Of a stretch of DNA of 64,000 bases, positions 44,620-55,980 are shown one piece after another. Both the position numbers and the translations under genes were made by a program. Numbering within the stretch: position 1 is the first letter of the stretch; every line of letters starts with the position of its first letter. Location of the stretch: the NCBI GenBank assembly GCA_965242925.1, contig CBDEUM010000038.1, positions 128,001 through 192,000 of the forward strand, read 5' to 3'. This stretch comes from Roseibacillus sp. GTDB lineage: Bacteria > Verrucomicrobiota > Verrucomicrobiia > Verrucomicrobiales > Akkermansiaceae. Below the pieces are notes generated by a model. It was not told where the DNA came from. It did not search any database and saw only the letters and a program-made list of their open reading frames with translations.

Positions 44620-46049
44620 TTGAATCGCTGAAAGCGTTGCTTCCGGGTGGCCGGGTCCTTACCGGGGATGTCTACCTTGCGGCCTACGAATCAGACGGTT
44701 TGACGGCCTTCAGGACAAAGCCGCGGGCGGTGGTGCTGCCCGAGACCGGTGAGGAGGTCATCAAGGTCGTGCGCTGGTGCCATCAGCATGGTGTGCCCTT
44801 TGTGGCGAGAGGAAGCGGGACGTCTCTCTCGGGTGGATCACTGCCGGTAGAGGAGGGGATTGTCATCACCCTCAACCGCCTGAACCGCATTCTGGAGGTT
44901 GATCCGGTCAATCGGGTGGCGATCGTGGAACCGGGTGTCATCAATCTCGATGTGACCCGGGCCTCCGAATCGCATGGACTGCACTTTGCTCCTGATCCTT
45001 CAAGCCAGACGATCTGTACGATCGGAGGCAACGTGGCCTTCAATTCAGGGGGGGCGCACTGCCTCAAGTACGGCATGACAGCCAATCACGTGCTGGGGAT
45101 GAAGGCGGTGCTTGCCACCGGGGAGGTGGTAGAGTTCGGAGGGCGGAGCCGTGAGCAGGTGGGGCCGGATTTCACCGGCCTGTTCTGTGGTTCGGAGGGG
45201 CTCTTCGGAGTGGGTTTGGAATTTATCCTGCGCCTGCTCCCGAAGGCTGAGTGTTTCCACACCGTGCTGGCGGGTTACCGCTCCCTGGAGGATGCGGGTA
45301 ATGCGGTGGGTGCCGTGATCGATTCGGGGTTGTTGCCGGGTGCTCTTGAGATAATGGATGCCCTGGCGATTGAAGCGGCCGAGGCGGCGGTGTCCTGTGG
45401 TTACCCGGCGGGGGCTGAGGCGGTCCTCATCGTTGAATTGGAGGGACCGATGGAAAAGGTGGCAGTGGAGCGGGCACAGTTGGACGAAATTCTGGAAAAG
45501 ACCCGTTCCTTCGAGAAACGGGTGGCGGCAGATTCGGTGGAACGCATGACCATCTGGAAAGGGCGGAAGAGCGCCTTCTCCGCGGTGGGCAGGCTGAGCC
45601 CGGATTTCATCGTGCAGGATGGTGTGGTGCCGCGGACCCGACTGGGTGAGGCCCTACGCCGGATTGGTGAGATGTCGGAGGAAACCGGTTTTCGTGTGGC
45701 CAATGTCTTCCATGCCGGCGATGGCAACCTGCATCCGCTCATTCTCTATGATGGACGGAGGGAAGGCAGCCTGGAGGGGGCCGAAGCTCTGGCGGGGCGC
45801 ATCCTTGAGATGTGTGTGGAGATGGGTGGTTCCATTACGGGCGAGCACGGCGTCGGAATGGAAAAGCGCGACTACCTGCCGGGGATGTTTTCGGATTATG
45901 ACATCGAGGTGATGAAGCGGGTGCGAGCGGCTTTCGATCCGAAGGAAGTGGCCAATCCAGGCAAGATGTTCCCGGGACCGGAGGCACCTTCCCTGTCCCG
46001 GTCCGGACTGCATCCGCTCGAGGAGGCGGGCGTGATTTCGAGGGAATGA
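44616..46049 (+). CDS. glcD: Glycolate oxidase/dehydrogenase FAD subunit GlcD
   Basis: [47 protein letters not shown] overlap with the upstream gene. Confidence 0.92.
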   Translation: MIESLKALLPGGRVLTGDVYLAAYESDGLTAFRTKPRAVVLPETGEEVIKVVRWCHQHGVPFVARGSGTSLSGGSLPVEEGIVITLNRLNRILEVDPVNRVAIVEPGVINLDVTRASESHGLHFAPDPSSQTICTIGGNVAFNSGGAHCLKYGMTANHVLGMKAVLATGEVVEFGGRSREQVGPDFTGLFCGSEGLFGVGLEFILRLLPKAECFHTVLAGYRSLEDAGNAVGAVIDSGLLPGALEIMDALAIEAAEAAVSCGYPAGAEAVLIVELEGPMEKVAVERAQLDEILEKTRSFEKRVAADSVERMTIWKGRKSAFSAVGRLSPDFIVQDGVVPRTRLGEALRRIGEMSEETGFRVANVFHAGDGNLHPLILYDGRREGSLEGAEALAGRILEMCVEMGGSITGEHGVGMEKRDYLPGMFSDYDIEVMKRVRAAFDPKEVANPGKMFPGPEAPSLSRSGLHPLEEAGVISRE

Positions 46050-47116
46050 TGACAGAAAAACCTTCCAGCGCAGAAGAGGTCGCGGAGGTGGTGAGAGCCC
46101 ATGCACGAATCAGCGCAGTGGGCGGACGCACCAAGCCGGCGCTTGTCGGGGAGGGAAAGGACCTTGGATTGAGCGGGTTGACGGGGATCACTGATTACAA
46201 GGCGTCCGAGTACACTTTTACGGCCAGGGCGGGAACGACGATAAGGGAGGTGGAGGAGGTCCTGAAGGCGAAACGGCAGTATCTACCCTTTGATCCGCTC
46301 TTTGCAGAGTCCGGAGCGACGTTGGGGGGGACGGTGGCCTCGGGAGCGTGTGGACCGGGACGCTTTCGTTTTGGCGGATTGCGCGATTTTTTCATCGGAG
46401 TGCAGTTCGTGGACGGGGCGGGTGAGCTGGTTCGCTCGGGGGGCAAGGTGGTCAAGAATGCGGCGGGCTTTGATCTCCCCAAGTTCCTGGTGGGAAGCAT
46501 GGGACGGTTCGGGGTCATGACCGAACTCAGCTTCAAGGTGTTCCCCGCACCATTTGAGACGGTTAATCTGTCGGTTATTTGTCCGGATCATGTGAGCGCG
46601 GTGGAGCGCCTGGCGGAGGTGGCTTCGTCCCGCTGGGAGGCCGATGCGCTCGAATATGACCCTTCCGAGAAGACGATTCTCCTGCGACTCGGTGGTCCCG
46701 GAGAGGCCCTCGATCAAATTTGTGAGGAAATTGAAGGTCGCTGGGCTGGTGAGGTGGAACAGTTCAGGGGGATCACGGGATGGAGGGATCTTCGGGAGGC
46801 CCGTTGGGCGCAGGGGGAGTTTCTTGTCAAGGTCCCGATTACGCTCTCCAGAGTCAGTCAGTTGGCGGGTTGGGTGGATGGCTGTGGGGGCGCGGTGCGA
46901 TGCTGGTGCTCTTCCGGGGGAAATGTTGCCTGGTTTTCGTTTGGGCGGAACGAACTTGATGCAGTTGATGAGATGTTGAAGGGGCATTCAATGGCGGGAT
47001 TGACGATCAGGGGGAGCGATTCCAACGGTCCGTGGTTGGGGGAGCGGAGAGAGAATGCAATTCTTGGAGCGGTGAAGGAGGCTCTCGATCCCGGGAATCG
47101 CTTCCCGGGGATCTGA
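46046..47116 (+). CDS. glcE: Glycolate oxidase FAD-binding subunit GlcE
   Basis: [27 protein letters not shown]; lies between glcD and glcF. Confidence 0.88.
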   Translation: MMTEKPSSAEEVAEVVRAHARISAVGGRTKPALVGEGKDLGLSGLTGITDYKASEYTFTARAGTTIREVEEVLKAKRQYLPFDPLFAESGATLGGTVASGACGPGRFRFGGLRDFFIGVQFVDGAGELVRSGGKVVKNAAGFDLPKFLVGSMGRFGVMTELSFKVFPAPFETVNLSVICPDHVSAVERLAEVASSRWEADALEYDPSEKTILLRLGGPGEALDQICEEIEGRWAGEVEQFRGITGWRDLREARWAQGEFLVKVPITLSRVSQLAGWVDGCGGAVRCWCSSGGNVAWFSFGRNELDAVDEMLKGHSMAGLTIRGSDSNGPWLGERRENAILGAVKEALDPGNRFPGI

Positions 47117-47144
47117 ACTGGTTGTGCAATGGAGGAGAATACCA

Positions 47145-48404
47145 ATGCTTCATAAGATCGACTCGGGGAAGGTCGGACCGTTTGGGGAACCGATGGAGGA
47201 GGCAGTGCGCAGTTGCGTTCACTGCGGATTCTGTCTGGCGGCCTGTCCGACCTATGGCGAACTGGGACAGGAACTCGATACCCCGCGAGGTCGTATCGTG
47301 CTGATGAAGGAGGTGCTTGAGGGTGGACTGGAGATTGAGGAGGCGCTTCCTCATCTCGATGCCTGTCTCGGGTGCCTGGCCTGCGAACCGGCTTGTCCGT
47401 CAGGAGTGGAGTATCGGAACCTCATCAGCCCCTTCCGTGCCCTGGCTGAAGATCAACGCTCTCGTCCGCTTGGAGAGAAAGTCCGTCGGCGTCTGGTCTC
47501 GTGGACGCTTCCTCATCCGGATCGCTTCCGGGTTGCGGCAAGAATGGCCGGGTTGGTCAAGCCGCTTGCCGGGGTTCTGCCCAGGTCGATGCGACCGATG
47601 ATGGATCTCCTGCCGTCCCCGTTGCCACCGGAGCAGAAGTTGCAGGAGCGGTATGAAGCACGGGGCGAACACCGGGCTACTGTGGCCTTGTTGGCTGGGT
47701 GTGCCCAGCAGGTGCTGGATCCTGATATCAACGCGGCCACCATAGACGTTCTTACTCGTAGCGGAGTGGAGGTGGTCGTGCCGCGGGAGCAAACTTGCTG
47801 CGGCGCTCTCTCCTGGCACGTGGGAGACCACCGGGCGGCCAAGGAGTATGCCCGTCGGAATATAGAGGCTTTTTCGAAAGTGGACGCCGTGATCACCAAT
47901 GCGGCGGGGTGTGGGTCCGGGATGCATGAGTATCCGCTGATTCTCAAGGGAACGGATGATGAGGAGCGTGCGGCAGAACTGGCTGCTCTGGTGGTGGATG
48001 TCAGCGTGTTTCTTGAGCGATTGGGTGGACCGGGAGAAATTCCGGATCGGGGAGAAGAGGTAACCATTGCCTATCACGATGCCTGCCATCTCTCCAACGG
48101 TCAGGGGGTAAGGAGTGAGCCGCGGCGACTGCTGCAAAGAATACCAGGGGTGAAGGTTGTGGAACTGTGCGATGCTCACCTTTGTTGTGGATCGGCGGGC
48201 ACCTACAATATCGACCAACCGGAGGTGGCAGCCTCGCTCGGAGAGCAGAAGGCACGGGCGGTCATGGATAGTGGTGTGATGATGGTGGCGAGCGGCAATA
48301 TCGGATGCCTGACCCAGTTGAAGATGCATCTTGGGAGACTTGATGCCTCCATCGAGGTGCGTCACACCATCCAGATCCTGCGGGACGCCCTGAGCGGAAT
48401 ATGA
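47145..48404 (+). CDS. glcF: Glycolate oxidase Fe-S subunit GlcF
   Basis: CVHCGFCLAACP and CLGCLACEPACP ferredoxin motifs; two CCG domains; YHDACH; GGAGGAG SD upstream of ATG 47145. Confidence 0.92.
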   Translation: MLHKIDSGKVGPFGEPMEEAVRSCVHCGFCLAACPTYGELGQELDTPRGRIVLMKEVLEGGLEIEEALPHLDACLGCLACEPACPSGVEYRNLISPFRALAEDQRSRPLGEKVRRRLVSWTLPHPDRFRVAARMAGLVKPLAGVLPRSMRPMMDLLPSPLPPEQKLQERYEARGEHRATVALLAGCAQQVLDPDINAATIDVLTRSGVEVVVPREQTCCGALSWHVGDHRAAKEYARRNIEAFSKVDAVITNAAGCGSGMHEYPLILKGTDDEERAAELAALVVDVSVFLERLGGPGEIPDRGEEVTIAYHDACHLSNGQGVRSEPRRLLQRIPGVKVVELCDAHLCCGSAGTYNIDQPEVAASLGEQKARAVMDSGVMMVASGNIGCLTQLKMHLGRLDASIEVRHTIQILRDALSGI

Positions 48405-48464
48405 GGAGCGAACCCTGGAATCCTGGAGGAGTGCAGGTGTGTGGCAGGGCGGCAAGGTCCCTCC

Positions 48465-49154
48465 TCACTCCTCCGTGAGATCGATCTCGCACCGGGGCAG
48501 GGCAGATCGGAGACGGCTTCTCCCCTTGGCAGTCACCCTGGTTTCGCCCAGCCAGACTTTTTGGAGGGTCTTGATTCTGACGAGGGAGGCGATGCAGTCA
48601 TCGGTTACCCGGGTATTCCGGAGATTGATTTCCTTAAGGGCCGGGAGAGCAATGAGTTTGGCCACGCCGTCATCGGTTATGGCAGTGTTACGAAGTCCAA
48701 GGTAGAGTAAACTCTGGATGCCTTTGAGGTGATTGAGGCCGGCGTCGGTGATCCTGGTGTTGCCCACCGGGAGATATTTGAGGGACTTCAAGGCAGGGAG
48801 GTGCGCCAGTCCCTTATCGCCGACGTTGGTTTGCCAGAGATTAAGCCACTCCAGTTTCCCGAGATGGGCGAGGTGGACCAGCCCGGAACCGCTCACCGTG
48901 GTGCCTTCCAGGGACAGGTCGGTCAGGGACCTGTAGCCACTGAGGTGAACGAGGTCTTCATCGCTGAGTCTGGCGGATCCGTTGAGTGTTATTTCGGTCA
49001 CCTTTCCGGTCTTGGTGCTCTTAAAGACATGCCCGCCCAGAGCTGCGATTTCACGGGCTGGATTCCCGGCGGTTACCTTTGGCTTGGGCTCGGCTGAAAA
49101 TGATGGAGTCAGCGTGAAAAGCGATGCCGCCAGAATGATGAGGAGGTGGTGCAC
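48465..49154 (-). CDS. Secreted leucine-rich repeat protein
   Basis: Signal peptide followed by 24-aa LxxLxLxxTxVTDxGLxxL repeats; GTG start inferred. Confidence 0.82.
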   Translation of the reverse strand: MHHLLIILAASLFTLTPSFSAEPKPKVTAGNPAREIAALGGHVFKSTKTGKVTEITLNGSARLSDEDLVHLSGYRSLTDLSLEGTTVSGSGLVHLAHLGKLEWLNLWQTNVGDKGLAHLPALKSLKYLPVGNTRITDAGLNHLKGIQSLLYLGLRNTAITDDGVAKLIALPALKEINLRNTRVTDDCIASLVRIKTLQKVWLGETRVTAKGRSRLRSALPRCEIDLTEE

Positions 49155-49213
49155 GTTAGTCCAAGTATTCGTCAATTGCGCGGTCAGGCAAGAGAGTTTG
49201 AGAAGAGGAGAGA

Positions 49214-50017
49214 TCACTTTTCTTTTCCTGCGTTGCCAGCGGCGTGCTTGATCACAAAGTTGACGAGTTCCTGGTTCTGGAACCATCCGGGCCACATGTT
49301 GTGGCCCTGGTTTTCAATCACCTTGAGAGTCATGGATCCTCCAAGTGTCCTGTAGCGTTCCGCGACAGTGCGGGAATTGGCATCCAGGGGGACGACACGA
49401 TCCTTGTCGCCGTGGATGTGGAAGATGGGCACTTTGGCCTTGGCCAGCGGAGCGAGGCGGTCGATGGGATTGTGCTGTCCAAGAGTGGCCTTGAGTTCGC
49501 CAGCACTCAATCCGTAGGCACCGCAGGCCCGTGGAAGTCCGGGCCAACTTGCAAGGTTGCACACGGGGTAGATCCCGGCAATGCAGGCCACCTTGTCCGG
49601 GTTCTCGGCGGCCCAGTTATAGAGCATCAGGCCTCCCCGGCTCCGGCCAAGAAGGCAGGCCCGCGGGGTGAGGTCATACTTTTTCACCAGGGTCTCATGC
49701 AGGGCGTTGTAGAGTTTGCGACCGGACGGGCTGCCATAGGATTCTCCCACGTCGATCCCGGCGATGGCTATGCCGCGAGCCAGCCAGCGTTCGAACATCC
49801 ATCTCTCTTCCCTGCCAGGAAGGTTGGGCAACGTCGGGGCATACCAGACCCATGCCGCCGGACCTGCCTTGCGCTGATCGCCGGTGGGTAGAATCAGGAA
49901 GGCGATGCGCCCCTCGATCTCGAATGATGTGCCCGGAAGGGGGAGTTTTTTTCCGGTATCCTGGGCCGACAGAACCTCAAGGAGGGCGAGTGCGAGGCAG
50001 GGGAGTAGTTTGGTCAT
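49214..50017 (-). CDS. Secreted alpha/beta hydrolase (prolyl-oligopeptidase-like)
   Basis: GRSRG nucleophile elbow, HGDKD, GH; signal peptide. Confidence 0.8.
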   Translation of the reverse strand: MTKLLPCLALALLEVLSAQDTGKKLPLPGTSFEIEGRIAFLILPTGDQRKAGPAAWVWYAPTLPNLPGREERWMFERWLARGIAIAGIDVGESYGSPSGRKLYNALHETLVKKYDLTPRACLLGRSRGGLMLYNWAAENPDKVACIAGIYPVCNLASWPGLPRACGAYGLSAGELKATLGQHNPIDRLAPLAKAKVPIFHIHGDKDRVVPLDANSRTVAERYRTLGGSMTLKVIENQGHNMWPGWFQNQELVNFVIKHAAGNAGKEK

Positions 50018-50151
50018 GAGGGAAGGATGAGGCCGATACCAAGGGAGGGTAATCCGTAGCCCGGACTGGTGTCTATCTGCAACTGGAGAGGGCTGATGCT
50101 TGCCAGTTCCGGTTCCAGGCGGCAGGTTTCCCCCCTCCAGTTACCGGTGCG

Positions 50152-51033
50152 ATGAATGAGGGTGAGATCTTTGCAGTTCTGGCCGCCCTGGTCTGGTCCT
50201 TCTGTGTGATCCTGATGAGGGTTGCGGGATTCCAGGTTCCGCCGGTGGCCCTGACGGTTTTCAAGGGTGGAACTGCCACCATCTTCTTTGTGATTGCGAT
50301 TCCGCTGGTCGGCGAATCGTTTTTTCCCTCCCTGTCTGCGTGCAATTATCTGCGCCTGACCGTGAGCGCCATTCTGGGCATCACGATTGCCGATACGCTC
50401 TATGCGGCGGCTCTCAACAGGCTGGGGGCGAGTTTGCAGGCCCTTGCCGGGGTCATGTACTCACCCTCCATGGTGGCGGTGGGGTTTCTGCTCTTTGGGG
50501 AAATGCTGGGACGGTGGGAGTTGCTCGGTGGTGTCCTGGTGGTGGCCGGGGTAGCGGTTGGAATGCATAAGACCGAGGACGTGCATAGCGATCGTGATCT
50601 GGCAGTGGGCATCATCATGGCGGTGAGTTCCCATCTTATAATGGCATTTGGAATCCTCATGGTGCGGGACGTGATCAGGGAACATTCGGTTGTCTGGATC
50701 TCAGCGTATCGTTTTCTGGCGGCTACCGTCGTGCTGGTTGCCGTCGCCTCCATCCGGCTCCCGATACGGGAAGTCTTTCTGGGGTTTCGTCGCCGTGACA
50801 TCTGGAAGATCATGATCCCGATGAGTTTTCTGGGTCCCTTCATGGGAACCATGTTCTGGACAGCAGGGTTCAAGCACACCACTGCGGGGAGGGCGGCGAT
50901 CTACAATCAGTTTTCCACGGTCTTTATCATCATCCTGGCGGTCCTCTTTCTCAGGGAGCGCCTGACGAAGCGCAAGATCCTGGGAGTTCTCCTGGCGGTG
51001 TGCGGAGCGATCCTGGTGGCCATGCAGAAATGA
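50152..51033 (+). CDS. DMT/EamA family transporter
   Basis: About 10 TM helices in two repeats (LLFGE..., LFLRERL...). Confidence 0.88.
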   Translation: MNEGEIFAVLAALVWSFCVILMRVAGFQVPPVALTVFKGGTATIFFVIAIPLVGESFFPSLSACNYLRLTVSAILGITIADTLYAAALNRLGASLQALAGVMYSPSMVAVGFLLFGEMLGRWELLGGVLVVAGVAVGMHKTEDVHSDRDLAVGIIMAVSSHLIMAFGILMVRDVIREHSVVWISAYRFLAATVVLVAVASIRLPIREVFLGFRRRDIWKIMIPMSFLGPFMGTMFWTAGFKHTTAGRAAIYNQFSTVFIIILAVLFLRERLTKRKILGVLLAVCGAILVAMQK

Positions 51034-51070
51034 ATCGCCCCCCCTTAACAGGTGAGGTTAGCTGGGATTG

Positions 51071-52180
51071 ATGAAGCGTCGGACATTCGTGATTTCTTCC
51101 TCCGCCAGCACCCTTTTTCTGGGAACTTCCGGCCGGGCGGCGCCGGTAGCCAGGATTCTGGAGACGAAAGTGGTGAGTCAGTTGCCGGATCTGTACCACG
51201 GGTGGCCTACCTTGGCCCGGCGGAAGGATGGGGAACTTCTTCTGGTGTGTTCAGGGGGACGGGAGGCGCATGTGTGCCCCTTTGGCCGCACGGACTTCAT
51301 GCGTTCGACTGACGGGGGAGAGACCTGGTGTTTTCCGCAGGTTGTGATGGACGGCCCCATTGACGATCGTGATGCGGGCGTGCTCGAGACAGCCAGGGGC
51401 AGCATCCTGATCACCAATTTTACGTCCTTGGCCTACGAACCGCAGTTGAAGAACAAGGGGAAGCGCTGGCAGGACGCCCATAACCGGACTGACGCTGAAG
51501 GGCGCAGGAAATCACTCGGGAACTGGATGATCCGCTCCACGGATGGGGGGCTGACGTTCTCGGGTCGTTACCGCGTCCCGGTCAATAGTCCCCATGGTCC
51601 GGTTCAACTCCGTGACGGGCGACTTCTCTATGCCGGTAAGGCGCTCTGGGACAACGAATCAAAAGTGGGTGTCTGCGAGTCAGGGGATGATGGTCAGACC
51701 TGGTCGTGGTTGGCGGATATCCCGGCCCGCAAGGGCGACAATCACAAGGACTATCATGAACTGCACGCAGTGGAGACCCCGGAGGGGGTGCTGGTAGCGC
51801 AGATTCGGAATCATAACAGGACCAACTCCGGCGAGACCCTGCAGTGCAAATCAACTGATGGGGGCAAGACATGGAGTGATCCACGCCCGATCGGGGTGTG
51901 GGGATTGCCCTCGCATCTGCTGCGCCTCAGGGACGGACGTCTTCTCATGAGCTACGGTTACCGCCGCAAGCCGTTCGGGAACCAGGCCCGGGTCAGCGAG
52001 AATGGGGGGAAGACCTGGTCGACTCCCATCATGGTTTCAGTCGACGGTCCGGGTCATGATCTGGGCTACCCTTCGACCGTGGAGCGGGATGACGGCAAAC
52101 TCGTGACGGTGTGGTACGAAAAGATGGCGGATTCCCCGCGGGCTGTCCTGAGACAGGCGATCTGGACGCTTGGGTCCTAG
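51071..52180 (+). CDS. Sialidase-family/BNR-repeat protein (Tat-like signal)
   Basis: KRRTF; five Asp-boxes (STDGGETW, STDGGLTF, SGDDGQTW, STDGGKTW, SENGGKTW); GYPS. Confidence 0.85.
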   Translation: MKRRTFVISSSASTLFLGTSGRAAPVARILETKVVSQLPDLYHGWPTLARRKDGELLLVCSGGREAHVCPFGRTDFMRSTDGGETWCFPQVVMDGPIDDRDAGVLETARGSILITNFTSLAYEPQLKNKGKRWQDAHNRTDAEGRRKSLGNWMIRSTDGGLTFSGRYRVPVNSPHGPVQLRDGRLLYAGKALWDNESKVGVCESGDDGQTWSWLADIPARKGDNHKDYHELHAVETPEGVLVAQIRNHNRTNSGETLQCKSTDGGKTWSDPRPIGVWGLPSHLLRLRDGRLLMSYGYRRKPFGNQARVSENGGKTWSTPIMVSVDGPGHDLGYPSTVERDDGKLVTVWYEKMADSPRAVLRQAIWTLGS

Positions 52181-52194
52181 ACGGGGGTTGCCGC

Positions 52195-55100
52195 CTATTT
52201 CAGGCTGGCGAGAAACTCCACCACATCCCGGATCTCCTCCGGCTTGAGCAGAGCAACCATGGGCGGCATGGCCGAGGTGAGGATGTGGCTGGAAATCTCA
52301 TCAGGACGGAGATTACGCTTCTTTCCATTGGCGAGGGTGACGGTCCAGAAGAGGTCGGTCTTTTTGCTGAGGATTCCGGAAACCTCCTCGCCCTCTTTCG
52401 TCCTCAGGACGACCGTTCCGTAACCATCGGAGATGTCGCTACTGGGTGTCAGAAGCGAGGCAACCAGATGCTTACGGTCCCGCTGAGCTCCAATCCTGTT
52501 CAGTTCGGGGCCGATGGTCAGTTCGGTGGATGGCTTTCCTCCCTCCTTGCCCAGTTTGTGGCAGCGAATGCACTGCGCGGCAGCGTGATTGGTTACAAGC
52601 TGTTTGCCCCGTTCCGCATCACCCCCATGCTCAAGGCGGTCGGAGGTTTCAGGAAGTTTGATCCCCTTGGCCTGGGCCGCCTGCCATAATTCCAGTTTCC
52701 ATCGGGGATCGGCTTTTCCGTTCCGGTATTGCTCAACCAGGGATGCGAATTTCTTCCGGGCCCGCGGATCCTTGTCCTCGGCCAGTTGTTTGATGGCCTT
52801 ACCCTGTCCGGCGGATCCTTTCTTTTCCAGAATGCCGAGGAGGAGATCGAGCATGGGCACCCCTGCCTGTGCCGCGTAGGTGCGGGCTTTCTCCTGAACC
52901 TTGGGATCATCAGAAGCAAGGGCGGCCTGCACGAATTCCCCGAGGTCCGGGGAGTTCGTCCTGGCGAGTCCATCGAGCACCTTTATCTGCAGGGAGGAAG
53001 ACAGTTTCCCGAAGTGTTCGCTGGTTCCTTCGAGCCAACTGGCTTCCCCGCGCACGGAAACACCGTTGAGGAGCACTTCGCGCAGTTCATTGTCTTCCAT
53101 GATGACAACCTTGAGCCTGGAGACGGCTTCATTTGCAGGCTTGGAATCCCGGGGCGCGTGTTTTCGGTAGCGTCCCTCCACGGCATCGAGGACAGGTGGC
53201 TGAGACCACCAGAGGAGGGAGGCCAGGGCGGTGCGCTTCATCCTGGAGGAACCTTCCCTGCGCTTGAGATAACCTTCGAGTTGTAACAGGGCCGGATAGG
53301 TGCCGACTCTGAAGGCTGCGTTTATGACGCGGCGCATGAGGGCTTCGTTTGTAAGGCCGGGGCGACCGAGGAGCTGGGACAGGGCGGGCAGGGCTTCCGG
53401 GATGGACTGGTCGTCGTGAATGGCACGAGCGGCTTCCAGGAGGATCAGTTCGTCCCCGTCCTCGAGAAAGGCGGTGATCTCTGGTGCCCGGAGGTTGCGG
53501 AGGGCCACGATGGCGGCGAGACGGACGGTCCTGTTGTCGTGCTCGTGGAGGCTGGCGAGTCGTGCTGGAGACAGAGCTCCTTTCAATCCCATCATGGCAG
53601 CGTGACGCAGGTAGGGATCCTTGGATCCGCCAGTTGCGAGGAGATTGATCAACCCCGGTGCGGCCTCTTCCACCTTGTGCTTGCCAAGGGAGATGGCCGC
53701 AAAGAACTGTACACGCGGTGACTTGTGCTCGAGGGCTGTCAGCAGGTGTTTGCGCAATCCGGCAATCTTCGGCAGGTGTCCCGGGATATCGCCAGCCACC
53801 TTCGCGCACTGGGCGACAACTTCAGGGTCGTCGCTCTGCCAGGCAGGTTCCAGGGAAGTGAGGGCCATGGGGGCGCGGCGGGAGATCTGTCCGATGCCCC
53901 AGATTGCGTGGAGCCGGGCCAGTCGGGTTGCCTCGGGATTCCGGAGGACTTCCGTGAGCGCCTCGGACATGTTGCGCCGCGCCAGTTCCAACTGCCCCTT
54001 CATCCGAACCCGCTGGTCGGGATGGCCAAGCCACCCGGGGAGTTTCCCCGGGGCGATCTTCTCCGCATCAAGGGCCAGGATTCTCTGGGTGTCCCTGCGG
54101 GCCGGATGCTGATGCTCTTCGGTTACATCAAAACGGAAAATCGATCCCCGGCCTCCCCCGTAACACGCAGAATAGAGCGCCCCGTCCGGTCCAACTGCGA
54201 GGCCGGTGTTACTGCGTCCTCCTTTTATGGCCGCCTGTTCCTTGAATTCGAAGTGGGCCCCCTTTTCAAGAAAACGGAAGACCCGGACCTGTCCCTGCTG
54301 GTTGGTCATGAAGAAGCAGTCACTGAGATCAGGGGAGAGTGCGGTTCCGGGATTGGCAGTGAATCCGCAGGGGCCTGGTCCAAAGTTTCCGATAGTGGGT
54401 GTGAGGTAGGCGGCGTGGTCATCGCGGTCGGGGAGGAAGAGACGCTCGTCCATCCAGGGATTGTAGGCTGCGATCCCGCTGATCCTGGTGAAATCCTGCT
54501 TTCGCAACCACTGCCAGTTGAGACGCCATCCATGTTCGCTTCCTTCGGTGATGTAGAGGGCGCGTTCCTTTTCGCCGGGGTAGTCCCCGTCGTTATCCAT
54601 GCTGAAGAGGTTGCCGTGTGCGTCGAAGGCCAGTTCCTGTGCATTACGTTCACCGGAAGAGTAGCGTTCGACTTGGGAGCCATCCAGTTCACAGCGGAAG
54701 ATCCCGCCGCTGTTGGGTTGGTGGTAGATCTTTCCTTCCCTTGTTTTGACGTAGTGCCCCTTGTCCCCGAGGGACCAGTAGACCCTGCCATCAGGTCCGA
54801 GGGCGACCCCGCTCAGGTTGTGGCCGCCCTGGCCCATGTGGACCTGGAAGCCGGTGGCCACGACTTCACGCGCATCGGGGAATCCGTCCCCATCTGAATC
54901 GTGGTAGCGGAGAAAATCTGGTTCGGCCGCTACGAATACGTCCGAATTCACGGCCAGCACCCCGGCTGCGATTCCGGTCACCTCGGTGTGAAATTCACCC
55001 AGGGTTCGAATGGTTTCACCCTTTCCGTCCCCGTCCTTGTCCGCTACCTGTATCACGCTGTCCTTCTGGACGGTGAGATCACGCCAGTCCCTGGCTCCGT

Positions 55101-55821
55101 CTCCGTTTCGATCGGGGATCCAGTTCTTCCCGGTGAGATACTCGCGATACCAGGCGCGGCGCTCCTCCACGGTGGTCAGGCTGAGATCCTTCTTTACGAG
55201 GTCCTGATGGTTGCGAATGTCGAGGCTGCTTTGCTTGCGGCGCCTGGCGGCAGTGACATAGGCCCTTCCCTGATCGTCCACGGAGATCGCCACCGTGTTC
55301 GCAATTGCAGGATCGGTAGCCCATTCGGTCACAACGAACTGCGGTTTCTTCCCGACATCCTGAACGAGGGCCACCCCGGGAGTAATGCCGGGAAGGTGAA
55401 TGGTGTGAACGTTGGCCCAGTCGTTCTCATTGCTGCCAAAAACCGTGAGGCGAAGCCAGCGGGCTTTTCGAGCGGGTAGTTTGTAGGTCACCACCCCGCT
55501 TCGGCTCTCGCTTTGCAGTTTGACCGGGTTGTTCCAGTTCTTCCCATCGTTGGAAGTCGTCATCTCGAACGAATAGTTCCGCTCTGCTGACTGGAAGCCG
55601 ATACCGACCGAGGAGAGCTCAACTTCCTGGTCGAGTTCGCACTGAATCCACGTTCCCCGGCCCTGCATGGCCCATCTGGTGCCGGCATCCTGGTCAAAGG
55701 CCTTGATGGCCTCGTTTCCTGCCTGCTCTCCGGCGGCAGTGATGGACTTGAGCTGGGCGGCAGATGCGGGGGTGAGGCCGAGGACGGCGGCGAGTAGCGC
55801 AACAGGGAAGATTCGATTCAT
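52195..55821 (-). CDS. Discoidin (F5/8, CBM32-like) + PVC-type dehydrogenase propeller + HEAT repeats + CxxCH cytochrome c protein
   Basis: AFDQDAGTRW...WIQCEL discoidin; GPDGRVYW, GERNAQE; HEAT repeats; CIRCH...GPEL...SAMP. Start at MNRIFP. Confidence 0.82.
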   Translation of the reverse strand: MNRIFPVALLAAVLGLTPASAAQLKSITAAGEQAGNEAIKAFDQDAGTRWAMQGRGTWIQCELDQEVELSSVGIGFQSAERNYSFEMTTSNDGKNWNNPVKLQSESRSGVVTYKLPARKARWLRLTVFGSNENDWANVHTIHLPGITPGVALVQDVGKKPQFVVTEWATDPAIANTVAISVDDQGRAYVTAARRRKQSSLDIRNHQDLVKKDLSLTTVEERRAWYREYLTGKNWIPDRNGDGARDWRDLTVQKDSVIQVADKDGDGKGETIRTLGEFHTEVTGIAAGVLAVNSDVFVAAEPDFLRYHDSDGDGFPDAREVVATGFQVHMGQGGHNLSGVALGPDGRVYWSLGDKGHYVKTREGKIYHQPNSGGIFRCELDGSQVERYSSGERNAQELAFDAHGNLFSMDNDGDYPGEKERALYITEGSEHGWRLNWQWLRKQDFTRISGIAAYNPWMDERLFLPDRDDHAAYLTPTIGNFGPGPCGFTANPGTALSPDLSDCFFMTNQQGQVRVFRFLEKGAHFEFKEQAAIKGGRSNTGLAVGPDGALYSACYGGGRGSIFRFDVTEEHQHPARRDTQRILALDAEKIAPGKLPGWLGHPDQRVRMKGQLELARRNMSEALTEVLRNPEATRLARLHAIWGIGQISRRAPMALTSLEPAWQSDDPEVVAQCAKVAGDIPGHLPKIAGLRKHLLTALEHKSPRVQFFAAISLGKHKVEEAAPGLINLLATGGSKDPYLRHAAMMGLKGALSPARLASLHEHDNRTVRLAAIVALRNLRAPEITAFLEDGDELILLEAARAIHDDQSIPEALPALSQLLGRPGLTNEALMRRVINAAFRVGTYPALLQLEGYLKRREGSSRMKRTALASLLWWSQPPVLDAVEGRYRKHAPRDSKPANEAVSRLKVVIMEDNELREVLLNGVSVRGEASWLEGTSEHFGKLSSSLQIKVLDGLARTNSPDLGEFVQAALASDDPKVQEKARTYAAQAGVPMLDLLLGILEKKGSAGQGKAIKQLAEDKDPRARKKFASLVEQYRNGKADPRWKLELWQAAQAKGIKLPETSDRLEHGGDAERGKQLVTNHAAAQCIRCHKLGKEGGKPSTELTIGPELNRIGAQRDRKHLVASLLTPSSDISDGYGTVVLRTKEGEEVSGILSKKTDLFWTVTLANGKKRNLRPDEISSHILTSAMPPMVALLKPEEIRDVVEFLASLK

Positions 55822-55980
55822 GCTGGGACTTAGCGAGTGTTGGCTACCAGGTCTTGAATGTCCATCTCCCACGAGAGTCCGATGAGGGGACTCCGCCGGG
55901 GCGCGGGATGTCATGGTTGCTTTGGGTGCCGGAGAAACACGGGTATTGACCCCGATTCAGCAGGAAAGTATTCGGCCTGC

